Below are positions 8,724 through 18,000 of a stretch of 54,276 nt of DNA, one piece after another. The notes beneath the pieces were generated by a model. It was not told the origin of the DNA. It made no database searches and saw nothing but the letters and a program-made list of their open reading frames with translations. This DNA is from a virus (taxonomy: Duplodnaviria > Caudoviricetes): the IMG/VR virus record IMGVR_UViG_3300048575_000513, positions 1 to 54,276 of that record; one strand, 5' to 3'. The position numbers were made by a program, and so were the translations under genes. Every line of letters starts with the position of its first letter. Position 1 is the first letter of the stretch.

Positions 8724-9448
8724 GGTTATTGGTTCTGGTAGTTCGGGAAACGGGTATATACTTAAAGATAGTACAGAGCATAGCCTTGTTATTGAAGCTG
8801 GTATGCCGTTTATTGAGTATAAAAAGTTTGTTGACTTTAAAATAAATAATATATGGGCGTGTGTTATATCGCACGCCCATCGAACGAGACCACTCAAAGT
8901 CAACATTAGATTTTTTAAATAACGGGATAAAGGTGTATGCTTTAAAAGAAACGCACGAAGCTATCGGTACAGACAATCACCACAACGCAAGATTTATAGA
9001 GCTTTTTAAGAAATTCAAAACAGGTTCGTTTGAAATAGTTCCATTTGACGTTCAACATGATGTTCCTACAGTTGGATTTTTAATAAAGCACGAAGAAACG
9101 GGGCTTATATGTTTTGCCACCGACACGTATTACATTTCTTATACGTTTCCTAAGTTGAATAATATTATGATTGAAGCCAACTACGCAAAGGATATTATCG
9201 ATCAACGACTTTCAGAACAGATGTTTCTCCGTGACCGTGTTTTGCAATCGCACTTTTCCTTAGATAACTGTAAGGACTTTTTGAAAGCAAACGATTTGAG
9301 CGCAGTTAATCAAATATTGATATTACATCTTAGCGACCGCAACAGCGACGAAAAACGATTTAAAAAAGAAGTCGAGGAACTAACCGGCAAAACGGTACAC
9401 GTTGCCGTAAAAGGTCTGGAAATCGAATTCAATAAAACCCCATTTTGA
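8713..9448 (+). CDS. MBL-fold (YycJ-like) metallo-nuclease split across two frames at 8881-8887 (recoded gene or pseudogene)
   Basis: Frame 1 has GSGSSGNGY...ISHAHR; frame 2 has RDHSKS...HDVP...TDT...IEANY...HLS; removing 4 nt restores HAHRDH and gives about 243 aa. Confidence 0.85.
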
Positions 9449-9449
9449 A

Positions 9450-9530
9450 ATGACCCTCCTAACAACATTATTAACCCTCGCTCTCATGTCAGCCTTCGTT
9501 CAGTGGGCAGACTGGAAGCGGAAAAATTAA
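9450..9530 (+). CDS. Small membrane peptide (26 aa)
   Basis: MTLLTTLLTLALMSAFVQWADWKRKN fills the operon gap; read manually. Confidence 0.45.
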   Translation: MTLLTTLLTLALMSAFVQWADWKRKN

Positions 9531-9542
9531 AATACAATAATT

Positions 9543-9956
9543 ATGAAACAATTCCTCCCAGACGCTACAGCGTACGAAAGAAAAGTTGCGTTACAAGAAA
9601 ACGCCGCCAAAGTTGAGCAAACAACTTATCAAAGACCATTGTCAGAAGACGAGCTGATTTCAAGACGCGAAAAGCTGGCTGACAACTGCATTAAGGTCAA
9701 CGTGCTTGAAGATGATCTAAAGTTGATTAAGGATGACTTTAAATTAAAGATGGATCCTTTAAAAGCGGATAACAAACAACTGCTTTCCGAAATCAAAACC
9801 AAACAGGAAACAGTTGAGGGAACCATTTATGAGATGGCCAATTTCGATGAAGGAATGATGGAAAGTTATGACGGAGAAGGTTATATGATCTCATCCCGCC
9901 GCCTTCGCCCGGACGAAAGACAGGGTAATGTTTTCCAATTATCAAAAGCTCAGTAA
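9543..9956 (+). CDS. Hypothetical coiled-coil phage protein
   Basis: 137-aa ORF with AT-rich leader. Confidence 0.7.
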   Translation: MKQFLPDATAYERKVALQENAAKVEQTTYQRPLSEDELISRREKLADNCIKVNVLEDDLKLIKDDFKLKMDPLKADNKQLLSEIKTKQETVEGTIYEMANFDEGMMESYDGEGYMISSRRLRPDERQGNVFQLSKAQ

Positions 9957-10013
9957 AAAACCACACATTTTTTCAAAAAAAATATTCACAAAAAATCTTA
10001 AAAAATATTCATC

Positions 10014-10772
10014 ATGTCAGAAAAAACAGAACAATCAGTAATTAACGAAGCCATTACCGGCGAATTAAAAACCATCGATACGCCAGGTGGCAAGGTGTTA
10101 ACCTTCTTAACGGGTCCAGCACCAGCAGAGATCCTTCCCGAAAAAATCTCTTTATCCGGAGATATTAAAACAGTTGGCAACTTTTTAAAAGTTCGTAACC
10201 AAGTGGCGATAGGTAATCAAATCGTAGAAGCTGGCAAAGCCGTTGTTATCGTGGACAAAGAAAAGCTTACCATCGATCTGTTACTAAATCCTGAAAGCTT
10301 TTACGGAACAAAAGTAAAAGGAACGTTGGAGTTAGCTCCGGAACTGGAACAGTTTTGCATCAATAAAAACAAGATGTTCAACAAAGACGAATTTGTCAAG
10401 CTGTTAAAGTTTAATAAACTGTTCTTCCCCGATGTTGCCAAGCACGCGCAAATGGTTAAGGAGTTTATGAAAGTAACTTCTTCGGTAAGTATCAAATCCA
10501 GCGATTCAAGTGATGAGCGCGGCAATAAAATGCGAGAGTTTGTCAAAGAAGTAGAAACCAATGCGCCTACGGATTTTGCGCTCGATATTCCAATCTTTAA
10601 AGGGTTTCCCAACGAAAAATTTAAAGTAAATATTTGTGTCGATGCGCCGGAGGGATCGTTGCGTTTTTGGCTTGAATCCGTGGAGTTGCACGAGTTAATG
10701 CAGGTGCGTGTCGACCAGATTTTCGAGGACGAATTAAAAGCTGCGGACGGATTCGTGATCGTAAACAAATAA
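10014..10772 (+). CDS. Hypothetical phage protein (possibly DUF2303-like)
   Basis: 252-aa ORF with FALDIPIFKG motif. Confidence 0.6.
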   Translation: MSEKTEQSVINEAITGELKTIDTPGGKVLTFLTGPAPAEILPEKISLSGDIKTVGNFLKVRNQVAIGNQIVEAGKAVVIVDKEKLTIDLLLNPESFYGTKVKGTLELAPELEQFCINKNKMFNKDEFVKLLKFNKLFFPDVAKHAQMVKEFMKVTSSVSIKSSDSSDERGNKMREFVKEVETNAPTDFALDIPIFKGFPNEKFKVNICVDAPEGSLRFWLESVELHELMQVRVDQIFEDELKAADGFVIVNK

Positions 10773-10795
10773 CTCATTTACATTGAGGCAAGCCA

Positions 10796-11137
10796 GTGGT
10801 GGAAGAACATTTTAAAATAAAGGGAATCACACCGCAGGATGATGAAGTCGATTATCTTTTAAGCTACGCCCCATACGTTGTTAGGGATGTTTTAAAGAAC
10901 AGTACATACAAATACCTCAACGCCAAAGCCAACGAGTTTGCAGCAGCAAAATGCAATGAAATGTTCGTTGAGCAGGAACTTGACCTAAAAGAGCGCAGGA
11001 TGTTCACAGAAGAGCAGGTAAGGGAGGCTATTAGCAAAGCTTTTGATGCGGGTGACTCGCATGCAGAAACTGGCGGTAGGTCGGCGGACTTAAAAGAGAC
11101 TACAGACTTTATTATCAACCAAATAAAACAGAAGTAA
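10796..11137 (+). CDS. Hypothetical protein
   Basis: 113-aa ORF within the operon. Confidence 0.5.
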   Translation: MVEEHFKIKGITPQDDEVDYLLSYAPYVVRDVLKNSTYKYLNAKANEFAAAKCNEMFVEQELDLKERRMFTEEQVREAISKAFDAGDSHAETGGRSADLKETTDFIINQIKQK

Positions 11138-11171
11138 CATATTGTTATAAAAACATTAAATCAATCGTAAA

Positions 11172-11207
11172 AATGTTCATATAATAATCATTTTATCTTT
11201 ATCTTTG
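11172..11207 (+). promoter_or_regulatory. Palindromic operator and -7 promoter box of the replication operon
   Basis: AATGTTCA-TATAA-TAATCATT at 11172-11192; TATCTTTG at 11200-11207. Confidence 0.6.
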
Positions 11208-11416
11208 GGTTCACCAATAAAAATGAATATGATTATTAAAATTAAAACACACAGATCCGATGTTGTCAAAAATATTATCCCCTTCGTATGAGTTGACGGA
11301 ATATCCTCCCAGGATTAGCGAAAGCACGTCTGGCGTTCATTTCTGTGTGTTTATACTTTTCATGTCGCTGGTGGCTCTAAGCGATGGGGGTTTTATATAA
11401 AAAAAGGAGGTTATTT

Positions 11417-11827
11417 ATGAGTGTGTATTCCGATAAACTCAGAAATCCAAAATGGCAGAGAAAACGATTAGAGGTTATGCAAAGGGATAATTTCACTTGT
11501 TGCCTTTGTGGAGATTCCGAAACAGAATTACAAGTACATCATAAGTCGTATGAATACGGGAAAGAACCTCACGATTATCCATTAGACAATTTTCAAACAC
11601 TATGTAAGTATTGCCATGATACTGTAGAGTGTTTCAAAAAAACAGGATGGCGTGTTTTGTCTGTAAAAAAGGTATCGGAAACAGGGTTGGTTGTATTAGT
11701 CGAGAAAGATGGAGAGCGTTTAGTTTCTTTTTTAGGAATGGATTTAAACACAGGTAAGTCTTTTTGCACAGATGTTTCAATATCAGAGCGAGTGTCAAAA
11801 ATTATTGTAGAACTTTTTAATTATTGA
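11417..11827 (+). CDS. HNH endonuclease
   Basis: RDNFTCCLCG...LQVHH...TLCKYCH; start moved to ATG 11417. Confidence 0.8.
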   Translation: MSVYSDKLRNPKWQRKRLEVMQRDNFTCCLCGDSETELQVHHKSYEYGKEPHDYPLDNFQTLCKYCHDTVECFKKTGWRVLSVKKVSETGLVVLVEKDGERLVSFLGMDLNTGKSFCTDVSISERVSKIIVELFNY

Positions 11828-12654
11828 TTTTGGCTAAGGATCCTGCGATATTATGGTACTGGGATAATTGGTTTACCGGCACTATGCTTATGACTAAGCA
11901 TCAAAAGGGGTGTTATATGGATTTATTAGGCGCTCAATTCAACAACGGACACTTATCATTGGAGGAAATAAAAACTATTCTTGGAGCGGACTTTGGCCCT
12001 CATTGGCCTACCCTTCAAAAAAAGTTTAAGGCCGACGAATCGGGATTGTTCTACAATGAAAGAATGGACGTAGAAGTGAATAAAAGAGCTATTTATAAAC
12101 CCAAAAAAATAGCGGCGGCAACATTGGCCGGTCTTTTGTCATCAACCAAAAATTTAACCAAAGAACAAAAGTCGTTGATTAAATCTAAATTCAAAATCGA
12201 TGATTTTCTGGAAGATCCTAACCAAAATGTAACCAAATGGTTCAACCAAATGGTTAACGATTTGGATAACTATTTAGGAAATGGAAATATAAATAGAAAT
12301 ATAGAAGATAATAAGAGTTTAGATTCTAAAAAATCTGAAGAGGAAATTCCAAAACCAGATCCTTTAGGTTCGGAGATTGTTCAGAAGGCCGCAAAGGTAG
12401 CATTCGATAATACGATTTGGGTTGAAAATACTTGTATGGCTAATAGCCTTAACAAAGATGATTTAAAAAGATGGATGGCTAAATACAACGCAAGCCTTTG
12501 TAACGACACGATTGCGGGATTTGATGATTCTGTTTACCGAAAAATGTTTGGCGGCTGGTTAAGCTCCCAGTTCGCTAAAGGCTACAAACTACCTCCCAAG
12601 GAGCAATCAAATTCATTCACCGAGCGAACTAAAACCTACGAGGTAAGGAGATGA
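11824..12654 (+). CDS. Replication initiator (YdaU/DUF1376-like N-terminus)
   Basis: DPAILWYWDNWFTGT...KGCYMDLL...FYNERM; lies directly before DnaB. Confidence 0.7.
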   Translation: MILAKDPAILWYWDNWFTGTMLMTKHQKGCYMDLLGAQFNNGHLSLEEIKTILGADFGPHWPTLQKKFKADESGLFYNERMDVEVNKRAIYKPKKIAAATLAGLLSSTKNLTKEQKSLIKSKFKIDDFLEDPNQNVTKWFNQMVNDLDNYLGNGNINRNIEDNKSLDSKKSEEEIPKPDPLGSEIVQKAAKVAFDNTIWVENTCMANSLNKDDLKRWMAKYNASLCNDTIAGFDDSVYRKMFGGWLSSQFAKGYKLPPKEQSNSFTERTKTYEVRR

Positions 12655-14081
12655 AATTTACAAAGCACATACACTACGATTACGAACTCGAAAAGGCTGT
12701 TATTGGTCAGATTGTGCTTGAAAGGCATGCTATCGGAAGGGTTATTGGATCTCTAAAAGCGGAACATTTCTACTCGGAGGCTCATAAGGATGTTTATGCC
12801 GCATTAGAGGAAATGTTCAAGGAGACCGTACCGATTGATAGCTTAACACTCTGTAATTACCTGGTGAACAAAAAGAAGATCCACGATTTCAATGGCGAAA
12901 ACGTTCACATGTTTGTTCTCCGGTTAACAAATTCCGTATGCTCATCGGCTCATTTAGAATTTCACGCCCATATACTTACCGAACAATGGCAGCGTAGGCG
13001 CATTTTGGAGCTTAAATACGCCGCTTTGGAGGATGATGGAGTAAATCCCTTATCTGATATAAAAAACCTCCAGAATCAGCTTCAGGACATCTTAGGGGGC
13101 GAAGTAAAGAAAGAGTGGGTGAGTATGGATGAGTTGATTGTCGATTTATTCAATCATCAAATTAAGATGGCTAACGGTGATTTTAAGTACATCACAACGA
13201 CTTTTAATCGAATTGATCGGGACAACGGAGGGTTTACCCCAGGGGATTTAATCATCATTGGCGCCAGACCGCGTGTAGGTAAGTCTTCACTACTCGGTAA
13301 GTTGGCTATTGGCCAAGCTCGCAAAGGTTTTAAAGTGGGTATTCTATCTCTGGAAATGGCAAACATCGCTATTACCGCACGGATGGCGGCTTTGGAAACA
13401 GGAATCCCATACATGAAGATTTACAGAGACATAGCCAAGGACGAAGCCGAGCATAGGCGGTTTTACGACATCGTTTCACGGAACACAGTCAATCTGCCGA
13501 TTTACGTTTCAGACAAAACAAAGGTTTCTATTCCTGAAATAAGAGCAAAAGCGATAAAATTAAAGCGCGAACACGGGTTAGATGTTCTGTACATCGATTA
13601 CCTGCAGCTCATTGACGGATCGACCGGAAACAAAAACTACAACAGGGAGCAAGAAGTTGGGCAGCTTTCCAGAGGGCTTAAAACGCTTGCCAGGGAGCTG
13701 GAAATTCCGGTGGTTGCCCTTGCTCAGCTTAACCGAGATATTGAGAAACGAACTGGAGAGCACCGATATCCTAAACTTTCAGACCTCCGAGAATCAGGCT
13801 CATTAGAGCAGGATGCGGACGTTGTTATGTTCCTGCACCGGGATTGGGCATCTGGCTTTGAAACACACAGCGACACAGGAGAATCCACCGAAAATGAAGG
13901 TGATTTGATTATAGGTAAATGGCGAAATGGTGTCGAATTTAGGTTGCCAATCGGCTTCGATGGGCCGAAAATGAAATTCTACGAGCTAGATGAATCACAC
14001 GGGGTTGCACTACCATCAGAAGGTAACTGGAAGCCGTTAAACGAACAAGAGGTTGATTACCAAGGAGATAACCCGTTCTAA
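12651..14081 (+). CDS. dnaB: Replicative DNA helicase
   Basis: GARPRVGKS, SLEM, IDYLQL and DLRESGSLEQDAD motifs. Confidence 0.95.
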   Translation: MKFTKHIHYDYELEKAVIGQIVLERHAIGRVIGSLKAEHFYSEAHKDVYAALEEMFKETVPIDSLTLCNYLVNKKKIHDFNGENVHMFVLRLTNSVCSSAHLEFHAHILTEQWQRRRILELKYAALEDDGVNPLSDIKNLQNQLQDILGGEVKKEWVSMDELIVDLFNHQIKMANGDFKYITTTFNRIDRDNGGFTPGDLIIIGARPRVGKSSLLGKLAIGQARKGFKVGILSLEMANIAITARMAALETGIPYMKIYRDIAKDEAEHRRFYDIVSRNTVNLPIYVSDKTKVSIPEIRAKAIKLKREHGLDVLYIDYLQLIDGSTGNKNYNREQEVGQLSRGLKTLARELEIPVVALAQLNRDIEKRTGEHRYPKLSDLRESGSLEQDADVVMFLHRDWASGFETHSDTGESTENEGDLIIGKWRNGVEFRLPIGFDGPKMKFYELDESHGVALPSEGNWKPLNEQEVDYQGDNPF

Positions 14082-14131
14082 ACGAACGCAAAAGGACCGA
14101 ACAATTATTATAAAATATAAATCAATTAGTT

Positions 14132-14293
14132 ATGAATAAAGAATATTTATTAAATCAGCTGCACGAGAAGACAGCGAAGATGCGCCAGCATCAGAAACAG
14201 TTTTTTAAGCAGAAGGACAAATGGAACCTGGAACAGTCGAAGAAGTTTGAAAAGGAGGTGGATCAGATACTCGGCATGTTGGCTGCGCTTTAA
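14132..14293 (+). CDS. Small hypothetical phage protein (53 aa)
   Basis: MNKEYLL...MRQHQKQFFKQKDKWNLEQSKKFEKEVD; read manually, AT-rich leader. Confidence 0.55.
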   Translation: MNKEYLLNQLHEKTAKMRQHQKQFFKQKDKWNLEQSKKFEKEVDQILGMLAAL

Positions 14294-14343
14294 AGCAGCT
14301 GTAATATTCGCGATCGGGAGCCCAAGCATTAAAACATAATACC

Positions 14344-14574
14344 ATGGCTGAAAAGAGAAAACCATCGTCTACAATGTTGCTCAAAAATATGAGCAAAGGT
14401 GGTTCAGGTAAGACGCAGAAAATAGAGTTCTTCCCTATACACCTATTCCGTCCTGATGATAAATCAAATATGTTCCGCATCCGGGTTAATGGTCGATGGT
14501 GGCCAAAGGGGGAAATGAAATTTTTTTGGAAAACAGATCTTATTCGGTTTATATCAAACTCAATCAACCTATGA
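14344..14574 (+). CDS. Hypothetical protein
   Basis: 76-aa ORF with ATGA overlap into the next gene. Confidence 0.55.
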   Translation: MAEKRKPSSTMLLKNMSKGGSGKTQKIEFFPIHLFRPDDKSNMFRIRVNGRWWPKGEMKFFWKTDLIRFISNSINL

Positions 14575-15176
14575 ACAAACCCTGGTCCATATCCGACTAT
14601 CGCCGCTATCTGAAAGAAAAAGGGAAATTACCCGCTAAAAATCCGATTATTCCGGCGAGTGGTTCCAGAAAAGCGGGAAATTACCCTCAGAATTCCGAAA
14701 ATTCCGACAAGATTCCGGAAGTGCTGATCATCGGCATTGACCCGGACGTTGATAAATCCGGCGTGTGTGAATGGAACAGGGGCAAAAAGGAGCTAAAACT
14801 ACAGACCCTTACATTCTTTCAGCTTTTTGAATACCTGTCCGCAAATCGCCTTAAAATCGGTTTGGTGAAGATTGAAGCCGGTTGGAAAAATGCTAATCAA
14901 AAGTTTAGGCCAGCCAAGAATATCGCCACCGCAGGCAGAATGGGCGCCAATGTCGGCGCTAACCTGGAAACCGGTAAAAAAATAGTTGAGATGTGTAAGC
15001 ACCTCGGTATTCCATACCGGGAAGTAAAGCCGTTTAAAAAGATTTGGAAAGGAACAGACGGTAAGATAACCAATGATGAACTTCAACAGCAATTGCGCTT
15101 CCGTGGCCTTCCCGAAATCACTGGCCGCACCAACCAGGAGCAACGCGATAGCGCTCTTATCTGCCTAAATGGTTAA
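14571..15176 (+). CDS. RuvC-like Holliday junction resolvase
   Basis: IIGIDPD...VKIEAGW...EQRDSALI RNase H-fold acidic motifs; start moved to 14571. Confidence 0.7.
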   Translation: MNKPWSISDYRRYLKEKGKLPAKNPIIPASGSRKAGNYPQNSENSDKIPEVLIIGIDPDVDKSGVCEWNRGKKELKLQTLTFFQLFEYLSANRLKIGLVKIEAGWKNANQKFRPAKNIATAGRMGANVGANLETGKKIVEMCKHLGIPYREVKPFKKIWKGTDGKITNDELQQQLRFRGLPEITGRTNQEQRDSALICLNG

Positions 15177-15218
15177 TTTCATATATTTACGAATGAAAGT
15201 GATTACTATATAATCACT
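15174..15218 (+). promoter_or_regulatory. Putative late promoter/operator, repeated at 44006-44050
   Basis: TAATTTCATATATTTACGA followed by palindrome AGTGATTA-CTATA-TAATCACT. Confidence 0.65.
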
Positions 15219-15224
15219 AATTTT

Positions 15225-15848
15225 GTGAATATGGTTACTGAAATAGTTAATTTATCCCAAATCAAAATCAACGAGGCAAACCCTCGAATTATTACCGACG
15301 AAAAGTTTCGGCAACTGGTAAACTCCATCCTGGTTTTTCCAAAGATGTTAGAATTGCGGCCCATAGTCGTAGGCTCAATAATGGAAGCGATTGGCGGCAA
15401 CATGCGGTATCGTGCCCTGCAGGCGATTAAGATCATGTACCCTGATGAGATCACCGAGCGCCTTCACGAATCCCCAACATTCAACCGCAAGACCATAGCT
15501 GAGAAACAGAAGCTTGTCGATTACTGGCAAGTATGGCAGCAGAATCCAACGGCTCCTATTGTCCGGGCCGATAAGCTATCCGAAGATGAAAAGAGGGAGT
15601 TTATTGTCAAGGATAACACCGGGTTTGGAACATGGGACTATGAAGCCCTGGCGAATGAATGGGATTCGGAGTTGCTAACTGACTGGGGTATGGATGTGTG
15701 GGAATCCAAAATGGATATTGAGGAAGAAGATGAAGGCGATACAGAACCAAAAGACTTCAAACTAATTGTTGACTGCAAGTCCCAGGAGGATCAACTGCTA
15801 TTGATTAGCAAGCTAGATGATATGGGGTATAAATACAAAGTCAAATGA
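15225..15848 (+). CDS. ParB-like N-terminal domain protein
   Basis: NEANPRII...LRPIVV...GGNMRYRAL...EFIVKDNTGFGTWD. Confidence 0.8.
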   Translation: MNMVTEIVNLSQIKINEANPRIITDEKFRQLVNSILVFPKMLELRPIVVGSIMEAIGGNMRYRALQAIKIMYPDEITERLHESPTFNRKTIAEKQKLVDYWQVWQQNPTAPIVRADKLSEDEKREFIVKDNTGFGTWDYEALANEWDSELLTDWGMDVWESKMDIEEEDEGDTEPKDFKLIVDCKSQEDQLLLISKLDDMGYKYKVK

Positions 15849-16426
15849 GTAGCCCCCTGAATAAAAAAAGGCAAAAAATTGCCATGGCGCGAATGGAGAT
15901 TGTGGCGCAGCTCTACAAACGCGGGTATTCTTTTCGTAAGATTCAGGAGGAGGTTGTGGCCCGGCTAAACATGGAAACATATTCACTCAGCACGGTTAAA
16001 AAGGATGTCGATAAGTTGTTGGCTGAATGGCGTCAAAACCGGCTCGCTGACATGGATGATGCGGTACAGGTTCAGGTAGAGAAGATAAACGATCGTAACC
16101 GGGAACTATGGGATCAATGGGAGAAGTCAAAGCAAGACTACTCCCGAAAAACAGTAAAAAGAAAAGGCTCCCCCTTAAAAGGCGGTGAAGATAACGGAAG
16201 CGGAAAGATCAACACATATCACGTAGAGCAAGCCGAGACCGGATTTATAAGTTTAGGCGATGTCTCCTACCTGTCAGAAATCCGTGCCAATGAAGAGCAG
16301 CGCAATAAGTTGTTAGGATTGAACGCACCGGAGAAAAAAGACATAACCGGCGATATGTCATTCATGGGCTTCCTGATGGAAAGCGGCGCATTAAGCGACA
16401 CCGAACCAGAAGATGCAAAAGATTAG
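15845..16426 (+). CDS. terS: Probable terminase small subunit
   Basis: N-terminal HTH and KLLGLNAPEK; overlaps the TerL start. Confidence 0.65.
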   Translation: MSSPLNKKRQKIAMARMEIVAQLYKRGYSFRKIQEEVVARLNMETYSLSTVKKDVDKLLAEWRQNRLADMDDAVQVQVEKINDRNRELWDQWEKSKQDYSRKTVKRKGSPLKGGEDNGSGKINTYHVEQAETGFISLGDVSYLSEIRANEEQRNKLLGLNAPEKKDITGDMSFMGFLMESGALSDTEPEDAKD

Positions 16427-17996
16427 CGCACCATACAGAGAACGAGCCATTAAACTAATGGATAGCTGGCGGGACGACTGGAATCGTTTCGCCCGTGATG
16501 TTTTAGGCTCTAAACTCGATAAGCAGATGCAGGAGGTCTTATATTCCTGCCAATATAATCCGCGTACGTCCGTAGCGTCGGGAACAGCAAGGGGTAAGGA
16601 TTTTTTAGCTGCAAACGCCGCAGTTTGTTTTATGTACCTAACGCCAAAGTGGAACGTTAAAAAAGAGCTGATTGCTAATACAAAGGTGGCACTTACGGCC
16701 CCCACGGACAGGCAGGTAAAAAACATTATGATGCCGGAAATTTCCCGGCTTTACAATCGATCAAAGCGGCGAGGCATACAACTACCGGGTAGATTGAACG
16801 CATACGATATTCGCACACCTTTTGAAGAATGGTTTCTCACCGGATTCAAAGCCGATGAACATAATCACGAGGCGTGGTCGGGCTTCCACGCTGTAAACAC
16901 CATGTTCGTCGTTACAGAAGCCTCCGGGGTTGTAGACGACACGTTTAATGCGATCGAAGGTAACCTGCAAGGAAATAGCCGCATACTGCTTGTATTCAAT
17001 CCGAATAACACCGTTGGTTATGCTGCAAAAAGTCAAAAGAATGAACGGTGGCACCGGTTCCGGTTGAATAGCCTTGATGCACCCAACGTACTTGAAAAGA
17101 AAAACATCATCCCTGGGCAGGTAGATTACGAATGGGTGATTGATAAAATTAACAACTGGTGCACGCCCATAGCTAAGGAGGATATCATTGAAGAGATGGA
17201 TGATTTTGAATTTGAAGGCAAGTGGTATCGGCCTGAAGATTTATTCCGCGTTAAAGTTCTGGGTAAGTTTCCGAAAGTCGGCGAAGATGTCCTTATTCCG
17301 CAACAATGGATTGAGATCGCGCAAGAGCGCTGGGCAGCTAATAATGGTCGTGCATCGGGCGATAGGATACTCGGTGTTGACGTTGCCGGCATGGGTCGCG
17401 ACTGCACTGTGTTTTGTTACCGCGAAGGCGATTATGTTCACTATTTCAGAAAGCACAACTCCGGAGGCACCGCCGATCATATGCGGGTGGCTGGCGATGT
17501 ATTCAATTACCTGCGCGGTTTCCCGGATGCGGTATCGATCATTGATACCATTGGAGAAGGTGCCGGCGTTTATTCCCGTCTGAAAGAAAAGGCCATGCAA
17601 ACGCACGGCGACACCATTAAAGATGAGCAGGTTATTTCCTGTAAGTACAGCTCAGCAGCAGTTACAGGTAAACGGGATCTAACCGACGTTACAGGGGAGT
17701 ACAAGTTCGCCAACATGCGAGCTTACCTGTTCTGGGCGGTTCGCGACTGGCTTAATCCAAAGAATAACACCGGGGCGATGTTACCGCCCGGTGATTCATT
17801 CATCGAAGAGGCTACGGAAATACGCTGGTTCTTTCAGTCGAACGGAAAAATCATCATCGAGCCGAAGGAAGACATCGCTAAACGCTTGGGCCGGTCGACG
17901 GACGAGTTTGACGCCCTGGCGAACACTTTTTATCCTAACCGTAGCCGAATAATGGGCGGCAATCAAATAAATCAATTATCAGACTTTTTATACTAA
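16413..17996 (+). CDS. terL: Terminase large subunit
   Basis: SGTARGKD Walker A-like motif, VVTEASG, nuclease motifs LGVDVA and RSTDEFDALA. Confidence 0.92.
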   Translation: MQKISAPYRERAIKLMDSWRDDWNRFARDVLGSKLDKQMQEVLYSCQYNPRTSVASGTARGKDFLAANAAVCFMYLTPKWNVKKELIANTKVALTAPTDRQVKNIMMPEISRLYNRSKRRGIQLPGRLNAYDIRTPFEEWFLTGFKADEHNHEAWSGFHAVNTMFVVTEASGVVDDTFNAIEGNLQGNSRILLVFNPNNTVGYAAKSQKNERWHRFRLNSLDAPNVLEKKNIIPGQVDYEWVIDKINNWCTPIAKEDIIEEMDDFEFEGKWYRPEDLFRVKVLGKFPKVGEDVLIPQQWIEIAQERWAANNGRASGDRILGVDVAGMGRDCTVFCYREGDYVHYFRKHNSGGTADHMRVAGDVFNYLRGFPDAVSIIDTIGEGAGVYSRLKEKAMQTHGDTIKDEQVISCKYSSAAVTGKRDLTDVTGEYKFANMRAYLFWAVRDWLNPKNNTGAMLPPGDSFIEEATEIRWFFQSNGKIIIEPKEDIAKRLGRSTDEFDALANTFYPNRSRIMGGNQINQLSDFLY

Positions 17997-18000
17997 GAAT

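Noticed and set aside
8881-8887. Group I or group II intron in the MBL gene
   Set aside because: Only 4 extra nucleotides are present, leaving no room for a self-splicing core
8861-9448. Independent GTG-started MBL gene
   Set aside because: The GTG lies inside the hairpin, and the product would lack the N-terminal strands and the HxH metal ligands
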